Shown here piece after piece: positions 1-9,363 of a stretch of 64,000 nucleotides of DNA. The stretch is from the NCBI GenBank assembly GCA_047611265.1, contig JBLFWM010000004.1:4771-68770 (forward strand), written 5' to 3'. The stretch's first letter is position 1, and each line of letters opens with the position of its first letter. The translations under genes and the position numbers were made by a program. This stretch comes from Gammaproteobacteria bacterium. GTDB lineage: Bacteria > Pseudomonadota > Gammaproteobacteria > GCA-002705445 > GCA-002716945. The notes beneath the pieces were generated by a model. It searched no databases. It had not been told where the DNA came from and saw nothing but the letters and a program-made list of their open reading frames with translations.

Positions 1-501
1 ATGCTAGGATGGCTTATGAAGCTCATGTCTAAAGATAAATTTTTGAAAAAGCCATTAATAGCTGGGGTTATGTCTATTGAATATACAAGTGAAGATAAAA
101 CCTCTGGTGTTCAAACATTTGAAAACGGTGATATCTATACAGGATCTTTTTTAGATGGGGAAAAACATGGCCATGGACTATTAGAGACTCGTAGCAAAAG
201 AACCTATGATGGTGGATGGGCAAATGATGTGCCTCATGGTTTTGGTGTTAATACTTTCCCAAATGGGAAAATATATAAAGGTGAATATAAACTAGGAAGA
301 CCATACGGTAATGGGCAATGGATCTATAGCGATGGGAAAACTTATTCTGGAACCTGGGTTAAGGGTGAGTTCATAAATGAGAATAATAAAAAAGATACTC
401 TTGATTTTAGGATCGTAACGTTTCTGATAAATATATTAGTTATAGGTTTTATGGTATCTGTTGTTGGGTTTTGGGTCTTAAGTTTTCTAAAACTTATATA
501 A
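1..501 (+). CDS. MORN-repeat protein; may be 5'-truncated by the window edge
   Basis: Tandem YxGxxxxGxxHGxG-type MORN repeats (YTGSFLDGEKHGHG, YDGGWANDVPHGFG, YKGEYKLGRPYGNG, YSGTWVKGEF) followed by a hydrophobic C-terminal segment. Stop TAA overlaps the next ATG (TAATG). Confidence 0.55.
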   Translation: MLGWLMKLMSKDKFLKKPLIAGVMSIEYTSEDKTSGVQTFENGDIYTGSFLDGEKHGHGLLETRSKRTYDGGWANDVPHGFGVNTFPNGKIYKGEYKLGRPYGNGQWIYSDGKTYSGTWVKGEFINENNKKDTLDFRIVTFLINILVIGFMVSVVGFWVLSFLKLI

Positions 502-950
502 TGGATGAATGTATATTCAAAACTAAATTGGCAAATGTACTAATCCAAGTAGAAGATAAGTTAGTAACAAAGATTTGCTTTACTAAAAGAAAAATTAAAC
601 TATCTAAGCATCCCCACTTAATAAATGCTAAAAAACAGGTAATTGAGTATACCCAAGGTAAAAGAAAAATATTTACTTTTAAACTAAATCCAAAAGGCAC
701 CTTATACCAAAAGAAAGTCTGGCAAGAATTGCAAAAAATACCGTACGGGGAATCTGTTTATTATTCTTCTATAGCAGAGAAAATACAAAGCTCACCCAGA
801 GCAGTAGGCAATGCATGTGGAGCTAATAAGTGTTTACTTATAGTACCCTGCCATCGTGTAGTTTCTAAGAATAATAATAAAAACAATAAGTTTTCTAGTT
901 TTGGTGGATTAATACATAAAAATAAGTTGCTTAGGCTTGAAATTTATTAG
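501..950 (+). CDS. ogt: methylated-DNA--protein-cysteine methyltransferase (Ogt/MGMT)
   Basis: Canonical active-site motif IVPCHRVV, with a preceding SPRAVGNACGAN helix-turn-helix segment. Start taken at the ATG at 501 (MDECIF...), not the longer ORF start at 471. Confidence 0.8.
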   Translation: MDECIFKTKLANVLIQVEDKLVTKICFTKRKIKLSKHPHLINAKKQVIEYTQGKRKIFTFKLNPKGTLYQKKVWQELQKIPYGESVYYSSIAEKIQSSPRAVGNACGANKCLLIVPCHRVVSKNNNKNNKFSSFGGLIHKNKLLRLEIY

Positions 951-984
951 ATTTCCATGTTATTTTGAACTTAAGGGGTAATTT

Positions 985-1893
985 ATGAATTTGATAAGAG
1001 CGTCAGTGCTGCTATTTTTTTCGAATGTTGTGATGGCTGGTGGTGCTATAAAATCTGCAATAGAATCAAATGCCTATAATGCTACAAACCAAGCATTTAG
1101 TCATGGTAATTCCGCAATTGAATCATGGGCGCGAGATAATATTTCTAGCCTTCGTTTAATAGAACTCGAGACAAAGATAAGAGATTCTGCTAAACCTCAT
1201 TTTAGATTACTCAGTGTATTTGAATTAACTGGTAATGATCATAATGCATTGTTAAGTCAATTTTCTTTCTCTACATTTGATGATAGAGAAACTCTTAATG
1301 CTGGAATTGTATATAGAACATTTAACTCAAATAAAACTGTTTTATATGGAACAAACCTTTTCTTTGATAAACAACTTCATACAGGCCACCAAAGACTTGG
1401 AATAGGTTTTGAAGTAAAATCTTCCGCATATGACTTTAATCTTAATTTTTATGAAGCACAATCTGATAGGCATCAAATTGGTGGAGTCCCTGAGGTTGCA
1501 GCTTCTGGATATGATGCTGAAATAGGAATGGCAATGCCTTATCTTCCATGGGCAAAACTTTATTATAAAACTTATCAGTGGAGCAGCGAAACACTTGATA
1601 TAAAGAATGGAGAAAACCTAAGTATTTATATGGAACCAACATCTAAATTTTCTATAGAAGCAGGTAGACAAAATGACAGTAACACAGCAGGAGTTAAATC
1701 CTATGTTAAATTCAATTACATTATTTGTTGTGGTGACGAGAATAGCAGACCTTCATTGTTTACCGTATCATCGAAAGCATTTAATTATGCTCCTCTAGAT
1801 AATAGACGTATGTATGAAAAAGTAAGAAGGGAAAATAATATAATTGTACTCAGAGGCGGCGGCGGAGTAGACGTAACAGCAAGTGGATATTAG
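985..1893 (+). CDS. inverse-autotransporter (intimin/invasin family) outer-membrane beta-barrel domain protein without a passenger
   Basis: N-terminal signal peptide. Segment HQRLGIGFEV...ASGYDAEIGMAMPYLPWAKLYYKTYQW...SIEAGRQ...KFNY aligns with the intimin beta-domain region (recalled from memory, not database-checked) NGWDIRAEGYLPAYPQLGAKLMYEQYYGDEV...TIGAEHKQG...LNY. The ORF ends about 40 aa after the barrel, so no Ig/lectin passenger is present. Confidence 0.6.
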   Translation: MNLIRASVLLFFSNVVMAGGAIKSAIESNAYNATNQAFSHGNSAIESWARDNISSLRLIELETKIRDSAKPHFRLLSVFELTGNDHNALLSQFSFSTFDDRETLNAGIVYRTFNSNKTVLYGTNLFFDKQLHTGHQRLGIGFEVKSSAYDFNLNFYEAQSDRHQIGGVPEVAASGYDAEIGMAMPYLPWAKLYYKTYQWSSETLDIKNGENLSIYMEPTSKFSIEAGRQNDSNTAGVKSYVKFNYIICCGDENSRPSLFTVSSKAFNYAPLDNRRMYEKVRRENNIIVLRGGGGVDVTASGY

Positions 1894-1894
1894 A

Positions 1895-2746
1895 ATGAAA
1901 AAAATTATACCTATATATTTAATGATTATGACATCTGTGTTTCTAATCACACCAAATAGTGCTCATGCGGAGTGTGCTATTGACGGGAGTGATGTTGTGA
2001 CAGTAACTGATAATAACTGTTCAGTCCAACCCGCTAGTTATGGTATCACCATGTATCAATTATATTTATGCACATCAGCGCCAACTGCTCCAACGACTTC
2101 GGCAGCTGGAGTTTATACTTCATGCAATCTAGTTCTTAGTTTAGATTCTGGAAGCAGAGTAGACATGACTGGGACTGGTAATGCAGGATCTTTTCCTGGA
2201 GCAACTTTTACGCGTCCTCCTCCTGCAACATATACACATGGCTACATGTTATTAGATAATGTGTTCTATGTTAAACATGCTGCTAAATTCAATGAATCAA
2301 AAGAGGGATCAAAATCTGGAACTGATAATGGCGTATTTTGCGCAACAGAAGCAGGAACAGGAGATGAAAGCACTGGAGCATCGACTTCATGCGGTTCTTC
2401 TGCAATAACAGCAGGTGAATGGGGAGCTCAGCTAACAAGTTTTAATGGTTCGGCGTCTTGCGTTGCTACTGTATCAGTAAGTAATTTAGGTAGCACAAGT
2501 AACAGCATTACGGGTGTTCTTGAAACTAGCGCAGGAATAAGAACTGCAGATTGCTCAGATGTTGATAAGCTAGCAGGTATTCAGACATTTGGAACACCAA
2601 TTGTTATCACTAAGGATTTAAAATCATTTAATGTCGCATTTCAAGTGAGCGAGGGCATGACGATTTGGGAAAATGGCGCTACACCACCAGTAATTAATAT
2701 GGGTAGTGGGCCGTTTCAAGCGATAATCACAACAACAGATTATTAA
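1895..2746 (+). CDS. secreted Cys-rich, Thr/Ser/Gly-rich protein of unknown function
   Basis: ATG at 1895 lies 1 nt after the upstream stop. Clear Sec signal peptide (MKKIIPIYLMIMTSVFLITPNSAHA), about 10 Cys, low-complexity T/S/G tracts. No recognisable enzyme motif. Confidence 0.5.
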   Translation: MKKIIPIYLMIMTSVFLITPNSAHAECAIDGSDVVTVTDNNCSVQPASYGITMYQLYLCTSAPTAPTTSAAGVYTSCNLVLSLDSGSRVDMTGTGNAGSFPGATFTRPPPATYTHGYMLLDNVFYVKHAAKFNESKEGSKSGTDNGVFCATEAGTGDESTGASTSCGSSAITAGEWGAQLTSFNGSASCVATVSVSNLGSTSNSITGVLETSAGIRTADCSDVDKLAGIQTFGTPIVITKDLKSFNVAFQVSEGMTIWENGATPPVINMGSGPFQAIITTTDY

Positions 2747-2761
2747 TTTATATCTATAATA

Positions 2762-2983
2762 TTAGCTAACAAAACCCTTTATCGGCTTCATGAAAGCACT
2801 GATAATTTCTTCCTGATTCATATAAACAAAATAAAAATAAAAAAGAACAGAGAATACTCCAACAATTTTCTTATTAATAATTTTATCTAATCTAGAAAAT
2901 ACACATAGACATTGAGCAAAAGTATATGCGAAATATCCAATAGCCCCAAAAAATAAAAACCCAATTAAACCTAAAATAATCAT
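2762..2983 (-). CDS. small two-helix membrane protein (hypothetical)
   Basis: 73-aa ORF with two hydrophobic helices, downstream of the lipoprotein and ispA on the same strand. Confidence 0.3.
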   Translation of the reverse strand: MIILGLIGFLFFGAIGYFAYTFAQCLCVFSRLDKIINKKIVGVFSVLFYFYFVYMNQEEIISAFMKPIKGFVS

Positions 2984-3004
2984 AATTACAAGATAACTAG
3001 TTTC

Positions 3005-3433
3005 CTATTCTAAAACAACTGTAATTTTTCTATTTAGATCGCAGGTGGCTTGGTCGTATCTCAAAAAGTTCATAAATGCACCCATTGGAGTTATAGAGTC
3101 AACAGCACGATCAAATAAATAGCCTAGTCCAGAAGTAATAAGCATGTTTCCTGTTTCGCTACCATTAGTTTCTTCGATAATGCCATGACTACCATATAAG
3201 TCTCCTGCTTTACAAACAACATTAATTGATGAGCACGCAGTGTTGAATATAATTTTTTTTGGAGACAAGATATCAAGCTTAGAAGAGGATGAATATAAAC
3301 TGCATACCGCATCAATAGGCTTTTTTTCAATATCAAGTGTAACTAAGTTAATATTCAACGAATATTCTTTTGGTTGCAGCGACGCGCAAGAAGTTAATAA
3401 CAGCAAGAAAGAGCATAAGGTTGTTTTTATCAT
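3005..3433 (-). CDS. lipoprotein (hypothetical)
   Basis: Signal peptide with lipobox LLLTSC. 142 aa, no known motif. Confidence 0.4.
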   Translation of the reverse strand: MIKTTLCSFLLLLTSCASLQPKEYSLNINLVTLDIEKKPIDAVCSLYSSSSKLDILSPKKIIFNTACSSINVVCKAGDLYGSHGIIEETNGSETGNMLITSGLGYLFDRAVDSITPMGAFMNFLRYDQATCDLNRKITVVLE

Positions 3434-3450
3434 TATTAACTTTCCCTATA

Positions 3451-4335
3451 CTAACTTACCCTATCTATTACATTATAAATAAATATATTAAACAGATTTT
3501 CAGGATTCCTGAAAGCTGTTGTTTTTATAGTAGCACTGTCTGCTAGTTTTTTGCAATACACTTTAACTTCCTCAGGAGCCTTATATTTCATAATACTTCC
3601 TTTATTTTTCTTGAGGTCTTTTTGTGTTTTTTTACCCATAATACTTTTTTGACCTTCATAATCTAATAGGTCATCTGTTGCCTGAAATATTAAACCAAAA
3701 TTTTTTCCATATTTTCGATACTCCTTTTCTCTTATCAAGGTATTTTTACCAGATAATATTAATGGTGATAGCATGCAGAATTCAAAAAGTTTTGCTGTTT
3801 TCAAATCATGCATCATTATGACTTCTTTTTCAGACACAGTTTTTTTTTCATAAAGCAAGTCTAGCGACTGCCCTCCCGCAAGACCACTTGATCCAGACAT
3901 TTTAGCCAGATTAGTTATCAACCCTAATCTGATTTTAGAATTAATATGGGTTTTAGAATCTGCCAGTAACTCAAAAGCAAGCGTTAAAAGGCTATTCCCT
4001 GCTAGTATTGCAACAGCTTCCCCAAACTTTTTATGCGTAGTTGGTTTACCTCTTCTAAGATCATCGTTATCCATTCCTGGTAGATCATCATGAATTAATG
4101 AATATGCATGCACAAACTCTACAGCAAGCGCTAATCTCATATAATTCGATTTTTTTATTTTTAATAGTTTAGATAATTCTATCACCAAGAAAGGTCTTAC
4201 TCTTTTGCCACCATTAACTACTCCGTAATTCATGGCATCCCATAAAGTAGTCCCATCTTTTTTTGAAAATAAAAACTTTTTTGCGTAATTATTGAAGTCT
4301 GTTGTAGTCTTTTTTAATTGTACTTTTAAGCTCAT
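3451..4335 (-). CDS. ispA: polyprenyl (farnesyl/geranyl) diphosphate synthase
   Basis: First and second aspartate-rich motifs (LIHDDLPGMDNDDLRRG and FQATDDLLDY) typical of trans-isoprenyl diphosphate synthases. Confidence 0.85.
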   Translation of the reverse strand: MSLKVQLKKTTTDFNNYAKKFLFSKKDGTTLWDAMNYGVVNGGKRVRPFLVIELSKLLKIKKSNYMRLALAVEFVHAYSLIHDDLPGMDNDDLRRGKPTTHKKFGEAVAILAGNSLLTLAFELLADSKTHINSKIRLGLITNLAKMSGSSGLAGGQSLDLLYEKKTVSEKEVIMMHDLKTAKLFEFCMLSPLILSGKNTLIREKEYRKYGKNFGLIFQATDDLLDYEGQKSIMGKKTQKDLKKNKGSIMKYKAPEEVKVYCKKLADSATIKTTAFRNPENLFNIFIYNVIDRVS

Positions 4336-4422
4336 ATGTAAATTAGTATTTGTTGATATAACGATATAGATTTTAACACATATTAATTTACTAATTATAA
4401 AAATTTAGGATATGATTGTTTA

Positions 4423-4653
4423 ATGTCGGAAAGAAAACTTATAGATGCAAGAGGGGCTGCATGCCCTGGACCAATGATGGAACTTATAGCAATGTTAAAG
4501 CTCATTGAAATAGGTGATGAAATTGAATTACTATCTAATGATCCTGGTACTGCATCAGATGTGCCAACCTGGTGTCAAAAAGTTGGCCATACATTAATAA
4601 GTAAGACTAAAGAAGAAGACCACTGGGCTTTAGTGGTGAGTCGCGCAAAATAA
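4423..4653 (+). CDS. tusA: TusA-family sulfur carrier protein
   Basis: 76 aa with the CPGP active-site motif (ARGAACPGPMMEL) of TusA/SirA sulfurtransferases. Confidence 0.8.
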   Translation: MSERKLIDARGAACPGPMMELIAMLKLIEIGDEIELLSNDPGTASDVPTWCQKVGHTLISKTKEEDHWALVVSRAK

Positions 4654-4678
4654 AATTAATCTATAGGGGTATAGGGGT

Positions 4679-5818
4679 ATGAAAAGAATATTGGTAATTG
4701 GCGGCGGCATGGCTGGCTCAATTGTAGCAAACGGTCTTGCAAGAAAACTTAATACAGAATTAAATAATGGTACTACTGAAATAACTGTTATATCAGCAAC
4801 AGACAAACATCTTTATCAACCAGGACTATTATATTTAACTTTTGGGCGTGTGACTGAAAGTGAATTAATTAGAGACCAAAGAAGTATACTAGACAAACGT
4901 ATAAAATTTCATGTTGATCCGGCAACTAAAATTGATGCGGATGCTAAAAAAGTTACCACACAATCTGGGAAAACTCATGAATGTGATTATATGGTAATTG
5001 CTACTGGTTCTAGATTAGTTCCAGAAACTGTACCAGGGTTGGCAGAAGGAGCTCATAACTTCTATTCTGTAGAAGGTGCTAAGAAACTTAGAGATACATT
5101 AAAAGCATTTAAAGGTGGGAAAGTGGTCGTGAATGTTAATGCGCCACACAAATGCCCAGTAGCTCCAATAGAAATTACATGTATGTTGCATGATTTCTTA
5201 GGCGAACAAGGAGTTCTAGATAAATCAGAAATTATGTACACATATCCAGTGGGAAGAGTACATGCTATGCAACCAGTAGCAGATTGGGCTGCTCCAGAGT
5301 TTGAAAAGTTAGGTATAAAAAGCGAGACACTCTTTAATACTAAAGAAGTTGATCCAGTCAAAAAAACAATTACATCGGAAGAAGGCGTTACATTAAACTA
5401 TGACCTTCTAATAACTATACCTCCTCATAAAGGACAACAAGTGGTTGAGGATTCAATAGAGGGAGCGGCTGGTGGCTGGGCTCCAACTGATAAGAAAAAA
5501 TTATATCTTGAAGGAAAAACAGATGTATTTATTTGTGGCGATACTACAAATATTCCAATATCAAAAGCTGGATCAACAGCACATTTTGAAGCGGATACAA
5601 TTGTTGATAATATAAGCTCACTAATTAAAGAAGGTACAATGGCTAGAGACTATGACGGTAAAGTGTTTTGCTTCATAGAAACAGGTAAAGAAGAGGGTTC
5701 GTATGTTTGGTTTAATTATACTACACCGCCGGCACCTGGTCTTCCAACCAAAGCTGTTCATAGATTTAAATTAGCGTATAACAAGATGTACTGGTTATCT
5801 GCTAAAGGAATGTTATAG
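4679..5818 (+). CDS. FAD-dependent pyridine nucleotide-disulfide oxidoreductase, sulfide:quinone oxidoreductase-like
   Basis: N-terminal dinucleotide fold VIGGGMAGS. KCPVAP motif resembling the SQR/FCSD conserved Cys region. C-terminal FICGDTT FAD motif. Sits between TusA and a DUF1641 gene. Confidence 0.55.
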   Translation: MKRILVIGGGMAGSIVANGLARKLNTELNNGTTEITVISATDKHLYQPGLLYLTFGRVTESELIRDQRSILDKRIKFHVDPATKIDADAKKVTTQSGKTHECDYMVIATGSRLVPETVPGLAEGAHNFYSVEGAKKLRDTLKAFKGGKVVVNVNAPHKCPVAPIEITCMLHDFLGEQGVLDKSEIMYTYPVGRVHAMQPVADWAAPEFEKLGIKSETLFNTKEVDPVKKTITSEEGVTLNYDLLITIPPHKGQQVVEDSIEGAAGGWAPTDKKKLYLEGKTDVFICGDTTNIPISKAGSTAHFEADTIVDNISSLIKEGTMARDYDGKVFCFIETGKEEGSYVWFNYTTPPAPGLPTKAVHRFKLAYNKMYWLSAKGML

Positions 5819-5827
5819 GGGAACAAT

Positions 5828-6181
5828 ATGGAAAATATGAAAGGGGTATCAGAAATAGAAAGGTTTATGCAAGCAGGTTCTGACGCATTAACAGATAATA
5901 TTACTGAAAGACTAGCAACTACGGCAGCGAATGGGCTAGAAGCTGTTGACAAACTTAATGATCCAGATATTAGAGAAGGTGTAATTAAATTATTAGACTT
6001 AATCGGAAATCTGAATCGTTCTGGAGCAATAGATGAGCTTGGTAAAGTAGCAGAAATGACCGCGAAGCAAGAATGCAAAGGCGGTATTTTTTCTACAATT
6101 TCTATGCTTGGGAAACCAGAAACACAAAGAAGTTTACAATTTTTACTAAATGCTTGCGCTTGCTTACAAAAATGTAAATAA
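5828..6181 (+). CDS. DUF1641-family protein, usual partner of SQR-like / NADH-dehydrogenase-like flavoproteins
   Basis: 117-aa acidic helical protein with a C-terminal Cys cluster. Position directly after the flavoprotein matches the known DUF1641 pairing. Confidence 0.5.
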   Translation: MENMKGVSEIERFMQAGSDALTDNITERLATTAANGLEAVDKLNDPDIREGVIKLLDLIGNLNRSGAIDELGKVAEMTAKQECKGGIFSTISMLGKPETQRSLQFLLNACACLQKCK

Positions 6182-6202
6182 ATAATTTCTTACTGATACT
6201 AA

Positions 6203-6240
6203 TAAACCATATCTTTAATAAGATATGGTTTATTTTTTTG
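6203..6240 (+). terminator. rho-independent terminator after the TusA / SQR-like / DUF1641 unit
   Basis: Perfect 12-bp stem AAACCATATCTT / AAGATATGGTTT with a 5-nt loop, followed by TATTTTTTT. Confidence 0.7.
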
Positions 6241-6311
6241 TCTTATAATCTTATGATTCTCTATGGTTAGATAATTGCTTATCAAGCTAAAGAGCATTAT
6301 ATTAGTTAAAT

Positions 6312-6512
6312 ATGAAAATAACTGTTAATCAAAAATTATTAGTGTTTGATGATAAAATAAGCTTAGAAGGCTTACTAGAAAATCTTGCTGTAACAAAAAA
6401 ATATATGGCAGTAGAAATAAATGGAATAATCATACCAAAATCAGAATACACAAAATATCAACTTAAAGATGGTGATATGGTTGAAGTTATTAATGCCGTG
6501 GGTGGTGGTTAA
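6312..6512 (+). CDS. thiS: thiamine biosynthesis sulfur carrier ThiS
   Basis: 66 aa ending in GGG, ubiquitin-like fold pattern, directly upstream of thiG. Confidence 0.8.
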   Translation: MKITVNQKLLVFDDKISLEGLLENLAVTKKYMAVEINGIIIPKSEYTKYQLKDGDMVEVINAVGGG

Positions 6513-6515
6513 AAA

Positions 6516-7301
6516 TTGAATAAATTTATCATAAATAACCAAACATATAGTTCAAGATTAATAGTTGGAACTGGTAAATATAAAAGTTTTGATGAAACTA
6601 AGCTAGCCATAGAAGCAAGTGGCGCAGAAATGGTTACAGTTGCAATAAGGAGAATGAATCTAGGGCAAAGTAAAGATAGCCCAAACCTTCTAGAATTTAT
6701 AGATCCTAAGAAATATACTATTTTACCCAATACAGCTGGATGTTATAACGCAAAAGACGCAGTACGTACATGTAATATTGCTGCAGAGATATTAAATGGA
6801 GAAAAGCTTGTCAAACTAGAGGTTCTGGGTGATGAAAAAACATTGTATCCAAACTCAATAGAAACACTAAAGGCTGCAGAAATATTGGTCAAAGATGGAT
6901 TCAAGGTAATGGTTTATACAACTGATGACCCTCTTATAGCTAAAGAGTTAGAAAACATTGGCTGTATTTCAGTTATGCCACTAGCTTCACCGATTGGCAG
7001 TGGTCTTGGATTACAAAATAAATATAATATATTGTCAATTGTAGAAAATGCAAATGTCCCGATAATAGTAGATGCAGGCGTAGGAACTGCTTCTGATGCT
7101 AGCATTATTATGGAACTGGGTTGTGATGGAGTTTTAATGAATACTGCAATAGCATGTGCAAAAGATCCAATACTTATGGCTAGTGCAATGAAAAAATCTG
7201 TAGAAGCAGGATACGAAGCATTCAAAGCTGGTAGAATCCCCAAGAAAAGATATGCTAGTGCGTCATCACCGGTTGAGGATAATATTTGCAATGATGAATG
7301 A
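6516..7301 (+). CDS. thiG: thiazole synthase
   Basis: Full-length ThiG-like TIM-barrel sequence (IVGTGKY...[13 protein letters not shown]...[11 protein letters not shown]). Confidence 0.9.
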   Translation: MNKFIINNQTYSSRLIVGTGKYKSFDETKLAIEASGAEMVTVAIRRMNLGQSKDSPNLLEFIDPKKYTILPNTAGCYNAKDAVRTCNIAAEILNGEKLVKLEVLGDEKTLYPNSIETLKAAEILVKDGFKVMVYTTDDPLIAKELENIGCISVMPLASPIGSGLGLQNKYNILSIVENANVPIIVDAGVGTASDASIIMELGCDGVLMNTAIACAKDPILMASAMKKSVEAGYEAFKAGRIPKKRYASASSPVEDNICNDE

Positions 7302-7920
7302 GTTAAAAAAGCCAAAGTTCTACAGTAATCATAGGTATAGACAGGGTCAAAATATAGCACAACCTTCAGAATCTAATGATAATATTAAAGAATTATTATT
7401 GAATAATAAATTAAATATTTTAGACATTGGATTTGGAACTGGGACTTCGACAAAAAATTTATACTCCAACGACAAGAATAACTATTTCTGCATTGAGTCA
7501 TATATGCAGGGAATAAATAATCTAAAAAAGTATGTGAAGCTAAATAAAATAAAAAATATATGCATTTTTTATGGGGACGCAACAAATATCATTAGTGAGA
7601 TATTGCCAGACGAATCTATTGATGAAATATTAATCTTTTTTCCAGATCCATGGCCAAAGACTAAACATCATAAGAGACGGTTAATAAATTCATATACCTT
7701 AAATCTATTTTTTAGCAAACTAAAAAAAGATGGAGTATTACATTTTGCAACTGACCATATAATTTATGCATATAGCGTTAGATATATGCTTGAAAAATTT
7801 ACCGGTCAAAAAATATTATTTAATGCTAATAGAAGAAGAAGACCTATTACAAATTATGAAAAAAGAGGGTTGAGAAGAAAAAATTTTGTATTTGATTTAA
7901 TTGTTAAAAAAAGTAATTAA
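7291..7920 (+). CDS. trmB: tRNA (guanine46-N7)-methyltransferase
   Basis: SAM motif LDIGFGTG and the [15 protein letters not shown] motif. Start taken at the internal ATG at 7291 (MMNEL...), overlapping the thiG stop. Confidence 0.85.
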   Translation: MMNELKKPKFYSNHRYRQGQNIAQPSESNDNIKELLLNNKLNILDIGFGTGTSTKNLYSNDKNNYFCIESYMQGINNLKKYVKLNKIKNICIFYGDATNIISEILPDESIDEILIFFPDPWPKTKHHKRRLINSYTLNLFFSKLKKDGVLHFATDHIIYAYSVRYMLEKFTGQKILFNANRRRRPITNYEKRGLRRKNFVFDLIVKKSN

Positions 7921-9254
7921 TCAGCTAGTTGTTTTTTAAAAAATAAAATATGGATTAAGAATCCAAAAATAATACCAGTCCAAATGTGAGTTGTGATTCC
8001 TTCATAAATTTCAATAGATAGCATCGGGAATAGCAAGGTACTCCCAAAAGTAATCCACGTAATAACTCCTAGCCTTTTACTTTCAGAATATAATTTACTC
8101 ATTTCTTTGATTCTAATCAAAGGAATAACAGCAAAAATAACAATGATTCCAAGGGTTGCCTGCGGCAAACTGAATAGTAGTGGAGTTGCAAATAGCAATG
8201 TTATGCCTACAACCAGCATTGTCACAATTGATGAAAGGCCGCTATAAGCTCCACTTGCTTCGTTGACTGCTGATCTCGAAAATGAGCCAGAAACTGGAAT
8301 GCTTCCACTAACACTAGAACTAATATTCGCTATACCCTGACCTAGAAGTTCTTGGTTAGAGTCAACCGGAGTTGGGTTTTTATATAGCTCTACTCCGTTT
8401 GAATCCTTGGGAGGTTTTTTAGAATATAGCTGCTTAGCTATAGCTATAGCTTCCATAAAACCAACAAATGCAATAATAAGCGTATGTATTATAAGCATTG
8501 GTATGGATCCATTGAAAATTTTATAATCAGGAATTTTAAAATCTGGCAAACCAGGCGGTATATATCCAACAATTGGCCCAGAATAAGATTGTGCTAATGA
8601 ATAGGATATTGATAAAAGAACTGCAAAAAATACAGCTAAATTACTTAATGTCATAAATTTAGTAAATTTATATTTAATTAAGTACATTAAAAATAAAACT
8701 AATACTGATAAACCCAGTGACTCAATATTAATAGGAGTACTTGCAAGTAGTGCTTCTGGATTAGCTAACTGTCCTAATGATATTTTAGGCATTCCAAAAA
8801 TCTTGCTTAACTGAGACGCAGATATGATTAATGCTGCAGCTGATGTAAATCCTAATAATACATGCTCTGGGATTGTATCAAAAACTTTTCCAGCTTTTAA
8901 GAGGGCTAAGGTAATCTGAAATATGCCGACCGTGAATGCCAGAATAATAGCATAAAATATATATAATGAACTATCACCTGCAGACAAAGATGTTACCGCA
9001 ACTGATGTCAAAAGACATACCATTGCAACAGGTCCTGTAGCAAGATATCTAGATGATCCAAAAAGAGCTGCAATGCCAACTGGTATTAGGGCAGCATATA
9101 ATCCATAAACTGGAGATACATCTGCTAATGCTGCATATGCCATTGACTGAGGAATGATAATCATAGCTATTGTTGTGCCAGCAATAACATCTCTTAAAAT
9201 ATAATTTCTAGTGGATAATGATTCAGGTAACCATGTGCTGAAATTAAATAACAT
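7917..9254 (-). CDS. SulP-family inorganic anion transporter core, apparently without a STAS domain
   Basis: Polytopic membrane protein. N-terminal segment ILRDVIAGTTIAMIIIPQSMAYAALA matches the SulP signature. 445 aa is too short for a C-terminal STAS. Confidence 0.65.
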   Translation of the reverse strand: MLFNFSTWLPESLSTRNYILRDVIAGTTIAMIIIPQSMAYAALADVSPVYGLYAALIPVGIAALFGSSRYLATGPVAMVCLLTSVAVTSLSAGDSSLYIFYAIILAFTVGIFQITLALLKAGKVFDTIPEHVLLGFTSAAALIISASQLSKIFGMPKISLGQLANPEALLASTPINIESLGLSVLVLFLMYLIKYKFTKFMTLSNLAVFFAVLLSISYSLAQSYSGPIVGYIPPGLPDFKIPDYKIFNGSIPMLIIHTLIIAFVGFMEAIAIAKQLYSKKPPKDSNGVELYKNPTPVDSNQELLGQGIANISSSVSGSIPVSGSFSRSAVNEASGAYSGLSSIVTMLVVGITLLFATPLLFSLPQATLGIIVIFAVIPLIRIKEMSKLYSESKRLGVITWITFGSTLLFPMLSIEIYEGITTHIWTGIIFGFLIHILFFKKQLAD

Positions 9255-9363
9255 ATTTTTGATATTAATAATGCAATCCTCTGTTCTATATTTCGGCGAA
9301 ATATATGTTTCAAATAAACTGATTTATATTATCATATTAATTAGATACTGTCTTGAGGGGAAT

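Noticed and set aside
3124-3482. Overlapping small ORFs 3124-3336(-) and 3240-3482(+)
   Set aside because: They overlap the better-supported lipoprotein ORF (3005-3433) and the ispA 3' end, and have no features. Likely noise in AT-rich DNA.
6241-6311. Possible TPP (THI-box) riboswitch upstream of thiS-thiG
   Set aside because: Spacer is only about 70 nt and lacks the conserved CUGAGA / ACCUGAUCUGGAUAAUGCCAGCG-type elements. It looks like a plain AT-rich promoter region.
7252-7290. Longer trmB ORF start at 7252
   Set aside because: Would overlap thiG by 50 nt and add a non-conserved [13 protein letters not shown] leader. The internal ATG at 7291 gives a typical TrmB N-terminus.
9211-9363. 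N-terminal 51-codon extension of the aldo/keto reductase ORF
   Set aside because: The extension is hydrophobic read-through overlapping the convergent SulP gene start. A conserved AKR N-terminus begins at the internal Met at 9364.
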